From the NCBI GenBank assembly GCA_039808865.1, contig JBDHTW010000014.1, positions 12 to 64,011 of the forward strand: a DNA stretch of 64,000 nucleotides, in the 5' to 3' direction. The stretch comes from Geminicoccaceae bacterium. GTDB taxonomy: Bacteria; Pseudomonadota; Alphaproteobacteria; Geminicoccales; Geminicoccaceae. The position numbers and the translations under genes were made by a program. How positions within the stretch are numbered: the stretch's first letter is position 1; every line of letters starts with the position of its first letter. Below the pieces are notes generated by a model that saw only the letters and a list, made by a program, of their open reading frames with translations, did no database searches and was not told where the DNA came from. Positions 9,420 to 18,166 of this stretch are shown here, in pieces.

Positions 9420-10244
9420 ATGCCGATCGCGTTCTCGCTCGCCCATCTGACCGTCTTGGGCCTGCCACCGCCCGAGATGATCCATGTAGCCGCCCGCACC
9501 GGCTACCGGCATGTCGGCCTCCGTCTGATCGCGGTCACGGCCGACAGCCCGGGCTACCCGCTGATGTCCGACCAGCCGATGCTGCGCGCGACCCGCGCAG
9601 CGATGGCCGACACGGGTATCGGCGTGCTCGACATCGAGTTCGTCAAGATCACGCCGGAACTCGACGTCGCGGCGCTCGAGCCGTTCGTCGCGGCCGGCGC
9701 CGAGCTCGGCGCACGGCACATCATCACTGCACCCTACGATCCCGATCTCGGCCGGCTGGCCGCGCGCCTCGCCGCAATCGGTGAGCTCGGTGCCCGCTAC
9801 GGGCTCGGCGCCGTGCTGGAGTTCTTCCCGTGGACGGTGGTACCCGACCTGGGCACGGCGGTGCAGGTCGTCGAGGCGACGGGGCGCGCCGATGTCGGCG
9901 TGCTGGTCGACACGCTGCATTTCGACCGCTCGGGCAGCACGCTGGCCCAGCTGCGCGCTGTTCCAGCTTCCCGGCTGCCGCTGCTCCACGCCTGCGATGC
10001 GCCAGCGGCGCGGCCGACGACCACCGAGGGCCTGCTGCATCAGGCGCGCGCCGAGCGGCTCCCACCCGGCGAGGGCGGGATCGACATCCGCAGCGTGTTC
10101 GCCACCATGCCGGCGGGTATCCCGGTCGCCGTGGAGGTGCCGATGGAGCGGCTGACGCGCGCGATCGGGCCGGAAGCCGTGGCGCTGCGGGCACGCGAAG
10201 CCGCAGCAGGTCTGCTCGAGCCGGATGGCCGGCTCGACGATTGA
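9420..10244 (+). CDS. Xylose isomerase-like TIM barrel (AP_endonuc_2) metalloenzyme, possible dehydratase or isomerase
   Basis: LEFFPW, VDTLHF, HACD, RLPPGEG and VEVP metal-ligand pattern. Confidence 0.8.
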   Translation: MPIAFSLAHLTVLGLPPPEMIHVAARTGYRHVGLRLIAVTADSPGYPLMSDQPMLRATRAAMADTGIGVLDIEFVKITPELDVAALEPFVAAGAELGARHIITAPYDPDLGRLAARLAAIGELGARYGLGAVLEFFPWTVVPDLGTAVQVVEATGRADVGVLVDTLHFDRSGSTLAQLRAVPASRLPLLHACDAPAARPTTTEGLLHQARAERLPPGEGGIDIRSVFATMPAGIPVAVEVPMERLTRAIGPEAVALRAREAAAGLLEPDGRLDD

Positions 10245-10266
10245 TGAACCGACAGGAGAGGCAAGG

Positions 10267-11100
10267 ATGATCAGTGGCAAGACGACGCTCATCGCCCATC
10301 TCGGCTACCCGACCGAGGCGTTCAAGGCGCCGATGATCTACAATCCGTATTTCGAGGATGCGGGCATCGACGCGGTGGTCGTGCCGATGGGCGTCAAGCC
10401 CGAGGACTACGCGCAGTTCGTGCCGATGCTGTTCCGGCTCAGCAACATCCGGGGCGCGCTCGTGACCATGCCGCACAAGGTGACGACCGTGGGCCTCGTC
10501 GACGAGGTGACGCCGACGGCCAAGATCGCCGGCGCCTGCAACGCGATCCTGCTGCGCCCCGACGGCACGCTCCTGGGCGACATGTTCGACGGTGCGGGCT
10601 TCGTCCGCGGCGTCGAGCGCAAGGGGCGCATGGTGCGTGGCGCGCGTGCGCTGGTGGTCGGCAGCGGCGGCGTCGGCTCCGCGATCGCGGCCTCGCTGGT
10701 GGCCGCTGGCCTCGCCGGGATCGGTCTGTTCGATTTCAATGCCGAAGCAGCGGTGGCGCTCGGCCAGCGCCTGCGCGAGCACTATCCCGACCTCGAGGTC
10801 ACGACCGGCGCGAAGGACCCGGCCGGCTACGACATCGTCGTCAATGCCACACCGCTCGGCATGAAGGACGGCGATCCCCTGCCGGTCGACGTGGAGCGCA
10901 TCACTCCTGCGACCTTCGTCGGCGAGGTGGTGATGAAGCAGGAGATGACGCCCTTCCTGCGCGCAGCCCAGGCCAAGGGCTGCCCGTTCCAGATCGGCAC
11001 CGACATGCTGTTCGAGCAGATCCCGGCCTATCTCGAGTTCTTCGGCTTCCCGACGACGACGGCCGACAATCTCCGTGCCCTGGCCAAGATCCAGTACTGA
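10267..11100 (+). CDS. Shikimate dehydrogenase family protein, paralogue 2
   Basis: VTMPHK, GACNAI, GDMFDG, GSGGVG, NATPLG; ATG 10267 after AGGA. Confidence 0.85.
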   Translation: MISGKTTLIAHLGYPTEAFKAPMIYNPYFEDAGIDAVVVPMGVKPEDYAQFVPMLFRLSNIRGALVTMPHKVTTVGLVDEVTPTAKIAGACNAILLRPDGTLLGDMFDGAGFVRGVERKGRMVRGARALVVGSGGVGSAIAASLVAAGLAGIGLFDFNAEAAVALGQRLREHYPDLEVTTGAKDPAGYDIVVNATPLGMKDGDPLPVDVERITPATFVGEVVMKQEMTPFLRAAQAKGCPFQIGTDMLFEQIPAYLEFFGFPTTTADNLRALAKIQY

Positions 11101-11140
11101 GCCGTCGCGCGACGATCCGACCTACGCAAGAGGGCCCAGC

Positions 11141-11590
11141 ATGAGCCGCCTCGTCTATTTCCTGAACGGTCCCAACCTGAACCTGCTCGGCAAGCGCCAG
11201 CCGCACATCTACGGCCACGAGACGCTGGCCGACGTCGAGGCCGGCTGCCGCAAGCTCGCGGACGAGCTGAAGCTCGAGCTGCGCTTCCACCAGAGCAACC
11301 GCGAGTACGAGATCATCGACTGGATCCATGAATCGCGCGAGATCGCCGGCGGACTTGCGATCAACCCCGGCGCGTTCACGCACACGTCCGTGGCGATCCT
11401 GGACGCGCTCAACGCGTGCGACTTCCCGGTGCTCGAGGTGCACATCTCGAACGTCCACAAGCGCGAGAGCTTCCGTCACCATTCCTACGTCTCGCTGCGC
11501 GCCGACGGCGTCATCGCCGGCTTCGGCACGCAGGGCTACGAGCTGGCGCTGCGCCGGCTGGCACGGCTGATCGATACCAAGGCGGGCTGA
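11141..11590 (+). CDS. aroQ: Type II 3-dehydroquinate dehydratase
   Basis: [48 protein letters not shown]. Confidence 0.95.
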   Translation: MSRLVYFLNGPNLNLLGKRQPHIYGHETLADVEAGCRKLADELKLELRFHQSNREYEIIDWIHESREIAGGLAINPGAFTHTSVAILDALNACDFPVLEVHISNVHKRESFRHHSYVSLRADGVIAGFGTQGYELALRRLARLIDTKAG

Positions 11591-12639
11591 TGACGACGGG
11601 CGCGGGCGGGCCGGTCGGGCTCGCGGTGATGGGCGCCGGGCTGATCGGCCGGCGACACATCGAGCACGTGCTGGCCCGGCCCGAAGCGCAGCTCGCCGCG
11701 ATCGTCGATCCGACGCCGGCGGCCAAGTCGCTGGCCGAGGAGAAGGGGGTCCCCTGGTTTCCGGACCTCCCGGCCATGCTCGCGACGGCAAGGCCCGAGG
11801 GCGTGCTGGTGGCGACGCCCAACCAGCTGCACGTGGCGAACGGCCTCGAGTGCGTCGCCGCCGGGATACCGGTCCTGATCGAGAAGCCGCTGGCCGACGA
11901 CGTCGATGCGGCAGCCGGCCTCGTGGCGGCGGCCGAGGCCGCGGGCGTGCCGCTGCTCACCGGACATCACCGGCGCCACAACCCGTTGATGCGCGAGGCC
12001 AAGGCCGCGATCGACGCCGGCAAGCTCGGCCGGCTCGTCGCCGTCCAGGGCACGTGCTGGTTCTACAAGCCCGACGACTATTTTGCGGTCGAGTGGCGGC
12101 GCCGCAAGGGTGCCGGCCCGGTCTTCGTGAACCTGATCCACGATGTCGACAACCTGCGCTACCTGTGCGGCGACGTCGTCGCGGTGCAGGCCATGGAGAC
12201 CAACGCGCTGCGCGGCAACGAGGTCGAGGACGCGGCGGTCATCCTGCTCCGCTTCGAGAGCGGCGTGCTCGCCACGGTCAGCGTCGCCGACAAGATCGTC
12301 GCTCCGTGGAGCTGGGAGCTGACCAGCGGCGAGAACCCGGCCTACCCGCAGACGGCGGAGAGCTGCTACTGCATCGGCGGCACGCGCGGCTCGCTGACGA
12401 TCCCCTATCTCGACCTGTGGCACAACCCGACCGAGCCGAGCTGGTGGGAGCCGATCGCGCGCGAGCGGCTGCCGATCACGCTCGACGATCCGCTCGGGCT
12501 GCAGGTTCGGCAGTTCTGCCGGGTGATCCGTGGCATCGAGCCGCCGCTGGTCTCCGGGCGCGAGGGACTGGAGACGCTGAAGGTGATCGTGGCGGTCAAG
12601 CAGGCAGCCGCCACGGGCCGCCTCGTGACGCTCGGCTGA
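11590..12639 (+). CDS. Gfo/Idh/MocA family NAD(P)-dependent oxidoreductase
   Basis: GAGLIG, ATPN..H, IEKP, NLIHDVD; TGATG coupling to aroQ. Confidence 0.9.
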   Translation: MTTGAGGPVGLAVMGAGLIGRRHIEHVLARPEAQLAAIVDPTPAAKSLAEEKGVPWFPDLPAMLATARPEGVLVATPNQLHVANGLECVAAGIPVLIEKPLADDVDAAAGLVAAAEAAGVPLLTGHHRRHNPLMREAKAAIDAGKLGRLVAVQGTCWFYKPDDYFAVEWRRRKGAGPVFVNLIHDVDNLRYLCGDVVAVQAMETNALRGNEVEDAAVILLRFESGVLATVSVADKIVAPWSWELTSGENPAYPQTAESCYCIGGTRGSLTIPYLDLWHNPTEPSWWEPIARERLPITLDDPLGLQVRQFCRVIRGIEPPLVSGREGLETLKVIVAVKQAAATGRLVTLG

Positions 12640-12651
12640 GGCGGACGCCGG

Positions 12652-13410
12652 TCAGCCGCGGCCGATATACGGCATCTTGGTCGCCATGACCGTCATGAAC
12701 TGGACGTTGGCGTCGAGCGGCAGGCTCGCCATGTAGACCACGGCGCTGGCGACATGGGCCACGTCCATGCGTGGCTCGGGCGCCAGGCGCCCGTCGGCCT
12801 GCGGCACGCCCTCGGTCATGCGCTGCGTCATGTCGGTGGCGGCGTTGCCGATGTCGATCTGGCCGACGGCGATGTCGTGCTGGCGGCCGTCCAGCGAACA
12901 GGAGCGCGTGAGACCGGTGATCGCGTGCTTGGTCGCCGTGTAGGGTGCCGAGTTCGGCCGCGGCACGTGGGCGGAGATCGAGCCGTTGTTGACGATCCGG
13001 CCGCCTTTGGGACTCTGGCTCTTCATGAGCCGGAACGCCGCCTGGCTGCACAGGAAGGCACCGGTCAGGTTGACGTCGAGCACGCCCTGCCACTGCTCGT
13101 AGGTCAGCTCCTCGAACGGGATCGGCGGCGCCCCGGTGCCGGCATTGTTGAACAAAAGATCGAGCCGCCCGAACGTCTCGCGCACCAGATCGAAAGCCTG
13201 GCCCACGTCGACCGGGTTGCCGATGTCGGCGGGCACCGCCAGCATCCGCGCGCGCGCATCGCCGCTCAGCGCCACCGTCGCCTCGAGCTGTTCCCGTCGC
13301 CGCCCGATCACGGCCACGGACCAGCCGGCCTCGACCAGCGCCAAGGCCGCGGCCCGGCCGATGCCGCTCCCGGCCCCGGTCACGACGGCGATCCGACTTG
13401 CCTGCGTCAT
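12652..13410 (-). CDS. Short-chain dehydrogenase/reductase (SDR)
   Basis: [22 protein letters not shown]; SD GAGGA before ATG 13410. Confidence 0.9.
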   Translation of the reverse strand: MTQASRIAVVTGAGSGIGRAAALALVEAGWSVAVIGRRREQLEATVALSGDARARMLAVPADIGNPVDVGQAFDLVRETFGRLDLLFNNAGTGAPPIPFEELTYEQWQGVLDVNLTGAFLCSQAAFRLMKSQSPKGGRIVNNGSISAHVPRPNSAPYTATKHAITGLTRSCSLDGRQHDIAVGQIDIGNAATDMTQRMTEGVPQADGRLAPEPRMDVAHVASAVVYMASLPLDANVQFMTVMATKMPYIGRG

Positions 13411-13574
13411 GTTTGTCCTCCCCTTGGTCTTGGTCCAACATGCACCGCCCCCGCCAATCGCGGAAGTGCGGCTCGCCACGACCGGTGCTCCGTGCTAACG
13501 CGCGCCGCAGGTCCCATGGCCTGGGCTCGGCCACGTCCGGTCGGCCCGCGCCGAACCGGAGGGACATTGCATCG

Positions 13575-14819
13575 ATGCTGCTTTCTCGCCTGCTGCGCCC
13601 ATTGATCCGCTTCGGCCGGCTCACGGTGATCGATGCCGATGACCGCCCGCACGTCTTCGGCTCCGAGATGTCACCCGCGGTCACGGTGCGCCTGCACGAC
13701 CGCCGCCTGCATTGGCGCCTCGCGCTGAACCCCGGCCTCCATGCCGGCGAAGCCTACATGGACGGCACGCTCACGGTCGAGGACGCCCCGCTTTACGCGT
13801 TCATCGAGCTGTTCGCGCGCAATCTCGGCCATGCCGGCGCCATCGACCTCAGCGGCCCGTTCGACCTCGTGAACCGGGCGGCACGCCGGCTGCAGCAGTT
13901 CAACCCGGCCGCCCGCGCCCGGCGCAACGTCGCCCACCACTACGATCTCTCGGCCGAACTCTACGACCTGTTCCTCGACAGGGATCGGCAATATTCGTGC
14001 GCCTACTTCACCGACCCCGGCGAGGATCTGGAGAGCGCGCAGCTCCGCAAGAAGCAGCACATCGCGGCCAAGCTCCTGATCGAGCCCGGTATGCGCGTGC
14101 TCGACATCGGCTGCGGCTGGGGCGGGCTCGGGCTCTACCTGGCCCAGGCGCTGGGGGCCGACGTCACGGGAATCACGCTCTCGACCGAGCAGCTCGCCGT
14201 CGCCAACGAGCGCGCCAAGGCGGCCGGGCTGGCCGACAAGGCCCAGTTCCACCTGCGCGACTACCGGCACGAGACCGGCAGCTTCGACCGCATCGTCTCC
14301 GTCGGCATGTTCGAGCATGTCGGCATCAACCACTATGGCGAGTTCTTCCGCACGCTGCGCGACCGGCTGAGCGACGACGGCGTGGCCCTGCTGCACACCA
14401 TCGGCCGGCGCGCCGGGCCGGGCAGCACCAACCCGTGGCTGCAGAAGTACATCTTCCCGGGTGGCTACTCCCCGTCTTTGTCCGAGATCGGCAGCGCGGT
14501 CGAGCGGTCGGGCCTGTGGATCAACGATGTCGAGGTGCTGCGGCTGCACTACGCGGAGACCCTCCGCCATTGGCGGCTGCGCTTCGAGGCCAACCGGTCG
14601 AAGATCGCGGCACTCTACGACGAGCGGTTCTGCCGCATGTGGGAGTTCTATCTCGCCACCAGCGAGGTCTCCTTCCGCCACCTCGATTCGGTCGTGTTCC
14701 AGGTCCAGCTCGCCAGGCGCCGCGATGCCGTGCCGCAGACGCGCGACTATCAGTTCGCCGCCGAGAGGCACCTGATCGACGCCGGCCCCGGCAACACCCG
14801 GCCGCGTCTCGTCGGCTGA
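13575..14819 (+). CDS. cfa: Cyclopropane-fatty-acyl-phospholipid synthase family methyltransferase
   Basis: NVAHHYDLS, QYSCAYF, LDIGCGWG, SVGMFEHVG, YIFPGG, HYAETL, MWEFYL. Confidence 0.92.
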   Translation: MLLSRLLRPLIRFGRLTVIDADDRPHVFGSEMSPAVTVRLHDRRLHWRLALNPGLHAGEAYMDGTLTVEDAPLYAFIELFARNLGHAGAIDLSGPFDLVNRAARRLQQFNPAARARRNVAHHYDLSAELYDLFLDRDRQYSCAYFTDPGEDLESAQLRKKQHIAAKLLIEPGMRVLDIGCGWGGLGLYLAQALGADVTGITLSTEQLAVANERAKAAGLADKAQFHLRDYRHETGSFDRIVSVGMFEHVGINHYGEFFRTLRDRLSDDGVALLHTIGRRAGPGSTNPWLQKYIFPGGYSPSLSEIGSAVERSGLWINDVEVLRLHYAETLRHWRLRFEANRSKIAALYDERFCRMWEFYLATSEVSFRHLDSVVFQVQLARRRDAVPQTRDYQFAAERHLIDAGPGNTRPRLVG

Positions 14820-14833
14820 GGGCCGCAGCGGCC

Positions 14834-16045
14834 TCAGCCCGGCCGCGCCGCCGTCCTCGCCTCGATCACGAACAGCAGCAGCGCCGCCAGGGCCAGCAGC
14901 CCACCGGCCGTGGCCGTCGCGCTCCAGCCGCCCTGATGGTAGGTGATCGTGCCCAGAACCGATCCGAGCGCGCCGCCGGCGAAGGTGATCGTCATGTAGA
15001 GCGCGTTGACCCGGCCACGGATCTCCGCCCCGGCCGAGAAGATGATGCGCTGGCTGACGATCTGGTTGGTCTGGACCGCGGCATCGATGACGATCGCCAT
15101 GACCACCATCGCGCCCAAGGCCACGGCCCGGGCGGCCCAGCCGGTGGCCGCGAAGGCCGCGCCCAGGACGACCATCGCCGCCGCCGTGGCGATGCGGCCG
15201 TGCCCGCGGTCGGCGAGCCTGCCGGCGACCGGTGCGGCCAGCGCGCCGCCGGCCCCGGCCAGGGCGAACAGGCCGATGCCGTGCTGGCCGAGCCCGAAGC
15301 GCTCGGCCAGCAGCAGTGGCACCGCCGTCCAGAACAGGTTGAACGCGGCGAACAGCAGCGCCTGGAAGGCCGCCCGCCAGCGCAGGAACGGCAGGTCGCG
15401 CAGCAGGCCGGCCATCGAGACCAGGATGTGGCCGTAATGGCCACCCGCGCGCGGCTGATGGCGGGGCATCGCTCGTGCCAGCACCAGCCCGATGCCCAGC
15501 ATCAACGCGGTCGAGAGCCAGAAGACGGCACGCCAGCCGAAGCTCGCCGCGACGAACAAGGCGAGCGGCCGCGCCAGCATGATCCCGGTGAGCAGGCCGG
15601 CCATCACGTTGCCGACGACCCGGCCGCGCCGCTCCAGGGGCGTGAGGTGCGCGATCAAGGGCACCAGCACCTGCGCGCCGGTCGAGCACAGCCCGATCAC
15701 GAAGGCCGCCATGAAGAACGGCACCAGCGCGGTCGCGGTCGCCATCCCGACCAGCCCCAGCGCGGTGATCGCCAGCGTCACCAGCACGAGCCTGCGGTTC
15801 TCGACGAGGTCGGCGAGCGAGACCAGGAACAGCAGGCCGGCGCCGTAGCCGAGCTGGGTCACGCTCGCGACCGAGCCGGCGAGATCGGAGCCGACCCCGA
15901 TCTCCGGACCGATCGTGGCGACCAGGGGCTGCGCATAGTAGAGATTGGCCACCAGCGCCCCCGTGGCGACCGCGACGATGCCGGTCAGCGCCGTCGACGG
16001 GCCCCGGTCGACCGGAGCGGTGGCCGTGGCCGCGCGCTCACGCAT
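14834..16045 (-). CDS. MFS transporter (YnfM/DHA-like)
   Basis: About 12 hydrophobic segments; ANLYYAQP, TQLGYGAGL, LADLVENRR, GRLADRG motifs. Confidence 0.88.
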   Translation of the reverse strand: MRERAATATAPVDRGPSTALTGIVAVATGALVANLYYAQPLVATIGPEIGVGSDLAGSVASVTQLGYGAGLLFLVSLADLVENRRLVLVTLAITALGLVGMATATALVPFFMAAFVIGLCSTGAQVLVPLIAHLTPLERRGRVVGNVMAGLLTGIMLARPLALFVAASFGWRAVFWLSTALMLGIGLVLARAMPRHQPRAGGHYGHILVSMAGLLRDLPFLRWRAAFQALLFAAFNLFWTAVPLLLAERFGLGQHGIGLFALAGAGGALAAPVAGRLADRGHGRIATAAAMVVLGAAFAATGWAARAVALGAMVVMAIVIDAAVQTNQIVSQRIIFSAGAEIRGRVNALYMTITFAGGALGSVLGTITYHQGGWSATATAGGLLALAALLLFVIEARTAARPG

Positions 16046-17084
16046 CGGCGGGCTTGGGCGCCAGCGCCGCCAATTGCGCCGCGTGCTGCCGCTCGATCAT
16101 CCAACCCGGATATTCCGGCGGCAGGGCGCTCACCGTCGCCAGCCGGTCCAGCTCGTCCGCATCGAGCCGCAGCGTCGTGGCGGCCAGATTGTCGTCGAGC
16201 TGCGCCACCGTCTTCGCGCCGACGATCACCGACATCACGAACGGCTGGTGGAGCACCCACGCCAGCGCCACGCGCGCGACCGAGACGTCCCGTGCCTCGG
16301 CGATCTCGCGCATCACGTCGATGCAGGCGAACGCCCGCGCCTTGTCGACCGGCGGAAAATCGAACGTGGCCCGCCGCGAGCCCTCGGGCCCATGGCCATC
16401 CCGGTCATATTTGCCGGAGAGCAGGCCGCCCGCCAGCGGGCTCCACACCATCAATCCCAGCCGCTCGGCCTGGAGCAACGGGGCGATCTCGCGCTCGAGG
16501 TCACGGCCAGCGATGGTGTAGTAGGCCTGCAGCGTGGCAAGGCGGGTCCAGCCGTGCCTGTCGGCGACGCCCAGCGCCTTCATGATCGTCCAGGCGGGCC
16601 AGTTCGACACGCCGACGTAGCGGACATGGCCCTGACGGACGAGGTCGTCCAAGGCCCGCACCGTCTCCTCGATCGGCGTCGTCTGGTCGAGGCCGTGAAT
16701 CTGGTAGAGATCGACATAGTCGGTCCCCAGCCGCTTCAAGCTGGCCTTGATCCCGTCCATGATGTGCGCGCGCGACGCGCCGCGCGCGTTGGGTCCGGCA
16801 CCGATGGTGCCGAAAACCTTGGTCGCCAGCACGACCTCCGCCCGGCTGCGGCCGGAGCTGCGGATCGCGCGGCCGGTGATCTCCTCCGACAGCCCTTCCG
16901 AGTAGACGTCGGCCGTGTCGATGAAGTTGACGCCCGCGTCGAGGGCACGGGCGACGATCCCATCCGCGACGCCCTGATCGAGCGTGCCGATGGCGGTCCA
17001 GAAGCCGCGGCCACCGAAGGTCATCGTGCCGAGGCAGATCTCCGACACCATGAGGCCGGTCCCGCCGAGGGTCTTGTAGCGCAT
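16038..17084 (-). CDS. Aldo/keto reductase
   Basis: LGTMTFG, FIDTADVY, ATK, DLYQIH, GVSN, WSPLAGGLLSGKY. Confidence 0.92.
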   Translation of the reverse strand: MRYKTLGGTGLMVSEICLGTMTFGGRGFWTAIGTLDQGVADGIVARALDAGVNFIDTADVYSEGLSEEITGRAIRSSGRSRAEVVLATKVFGTIGAGPNARGASRAHIMDGIKASLKRLGTDYVDLYQIHGLDQTTPIEETVRALDDLVRQGHVRYVGVSNWPAWTIMKALGVADRHGWTRLATLQAYYTIAGRDLEREIAPLLQAERLGLMVWSPLAGGLLSGKYDRDGHGPEGSRRATFDFPPVDKARAFACIDVMREIAEARDVSVARVALAWVLHQPFVMSVIVGAKTVAQLDDNLAATTLRLDADELDRLATVSALPPEYPGWMIERQHAAQLAALAPKPADA

Positions 17085-17186
17085 GTCGTCACCTCAGTGC
17101 TGGCGCGGAGCAGGCTTTACCGCTCCCGGTTGCCGATGTGGAACCGCCAAGGCGGCAGGATAACCATGCCCGGGCTTCATAGGCCG

Positions 17187-17201
17187 TATAGCCTGGCTAT
17201 A
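17187..17201. promoter_or_regulatory. Palindromic LysR-type binding site between divergent AKR and LysR genes
   Basis: TATAGCC-T-GGCTATA is a perfect 7-1-7 palindrome containing T-N11-A. Confidence 0.6.
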
Positions 17202-17242
17202 TAATCGACCCGATCACTGCACTCCCGCCGTGCGGACCGCCG

Positions 17243-18142
17243 ATGGCACGCCCCGATTCGTTCGATGGCCTCTCGGAATTCCTCGCGATCGTGCGGCGTG
17301 GCAGCTTCCGCTCGGCGGCCATCGAGCTCGGCGTCACCCCCGGGGCGATCAGCCAGGCCGTGCAGACGCTGGAGCGGCGGCTCGGGCTGCCGGTGTTCCA
17401 CCGCACCACACGGCGGGTGACGCTGACCGAGGCCGGCGAGAAGCTGTTCCAGCGGCTGGAGCCGGCGGCAGAGACGATCACCGGCCTGCTCGACGAGCTG
17501 ACCCGGATGCGCGCGCACCCGGCCGGCACGTTGCGGCTGCTCGTGCATCGGATGGCACTGCAGTCCGTGATCGAGCCCGTGCTGCCCTTGTTCCGGGCGG
17601 CATGGCCAGACGTGAAGGTCGAGATCACGCTCGACGACACGCGGCAGGAGATGGTCGCCGGCGGCTTCGACGCCGGCATCCGCATCGGCGAGTTCATCGA
17701 TCGTGACATGGTCGCGATGCGGGTGTCGCCGAGCTTCCGTTGGATCGTCGTCGGTGCCCCCGCCTATCTTGCCAAGCACGGCCGGCCGAACACGCCCGAG
17801 GATCTCGCCCGGCACGAATGCCTCCGCTACCGTCGCCCGGACGTCGGCGACGTCTATCGCTGGGAGTTCGAGCGCGACGGGCAATCCCTGAGCATCGACC
17901 CGCCCGGAGCGGTGGTCGTCAACGACTCGGCGTTGCTGCGCGCGCTGGCGATCCGCGGCATGGGCCTCGCCTACACGTCCAGCCTGCAGGCGGATCCCGA
18001 GATCGGGCGCGGGCTGCTGGAGCCGGTGCTCGAATCATTTGCGCCGGCGCGCGACAGCCTGTTCATCTACTTCCCGCGGACGAGCCGGAACCAGCCCAAG
18101 CTGCGCGCCTTCGTCGAGGCCTGCGCGCAGCTGGTCCGCTAG
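17243..18142 (+). CDS. LysR family transcriptional regulator
   Basis: GSFRSAAIELGVTPGAISQAVQTLERRLGLPVFHRTTRRVTLTEAG HTH; FDAGIRIG. Confidence 0.95.
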   Translation: MARPDSFDGLSEFLAIVRRGSFRSAAIELGVTPGAISQAVQTLERRLGLPVFHRTTRRVTLTEAGEKLFQRLEPAAETITGLLDELTRMRAHPAGTLRLLVHRMALQSVIEPVLPLFRAAWPDVKVEITLDDTRQEMVAGGFDAGIRIGEFIDRDMVAMRVSPSFRWIVVGAPAYLAKHGRPNTPEDLARHECLRYRRPDVGDVYRWEFERDGQSLSIDPPGAVVVNDSALLRALAIRGMGLAYTSSLQADPEIGRGLLEPVLESFAPARDSLFIYFPRTSRNQPKLRAFVEACAQLVR

Positions 18143-18166
18143 CCGCCGGAGCCGGAGTGGTCGTGC

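Noticed and set aside
7488-10292. Very long antisense or alternate-frame ORFs (e.g. 7488-10292 -, 13712-16585 +, 55808-58426 +, 2930-5095 -)
   Set aside because: They overlap motif-bearing genes on the other strand or frame, are Arg/Ala/Gly/Pro-rich with no motifs, and are expected shadow ORFs in high-GC DNA.
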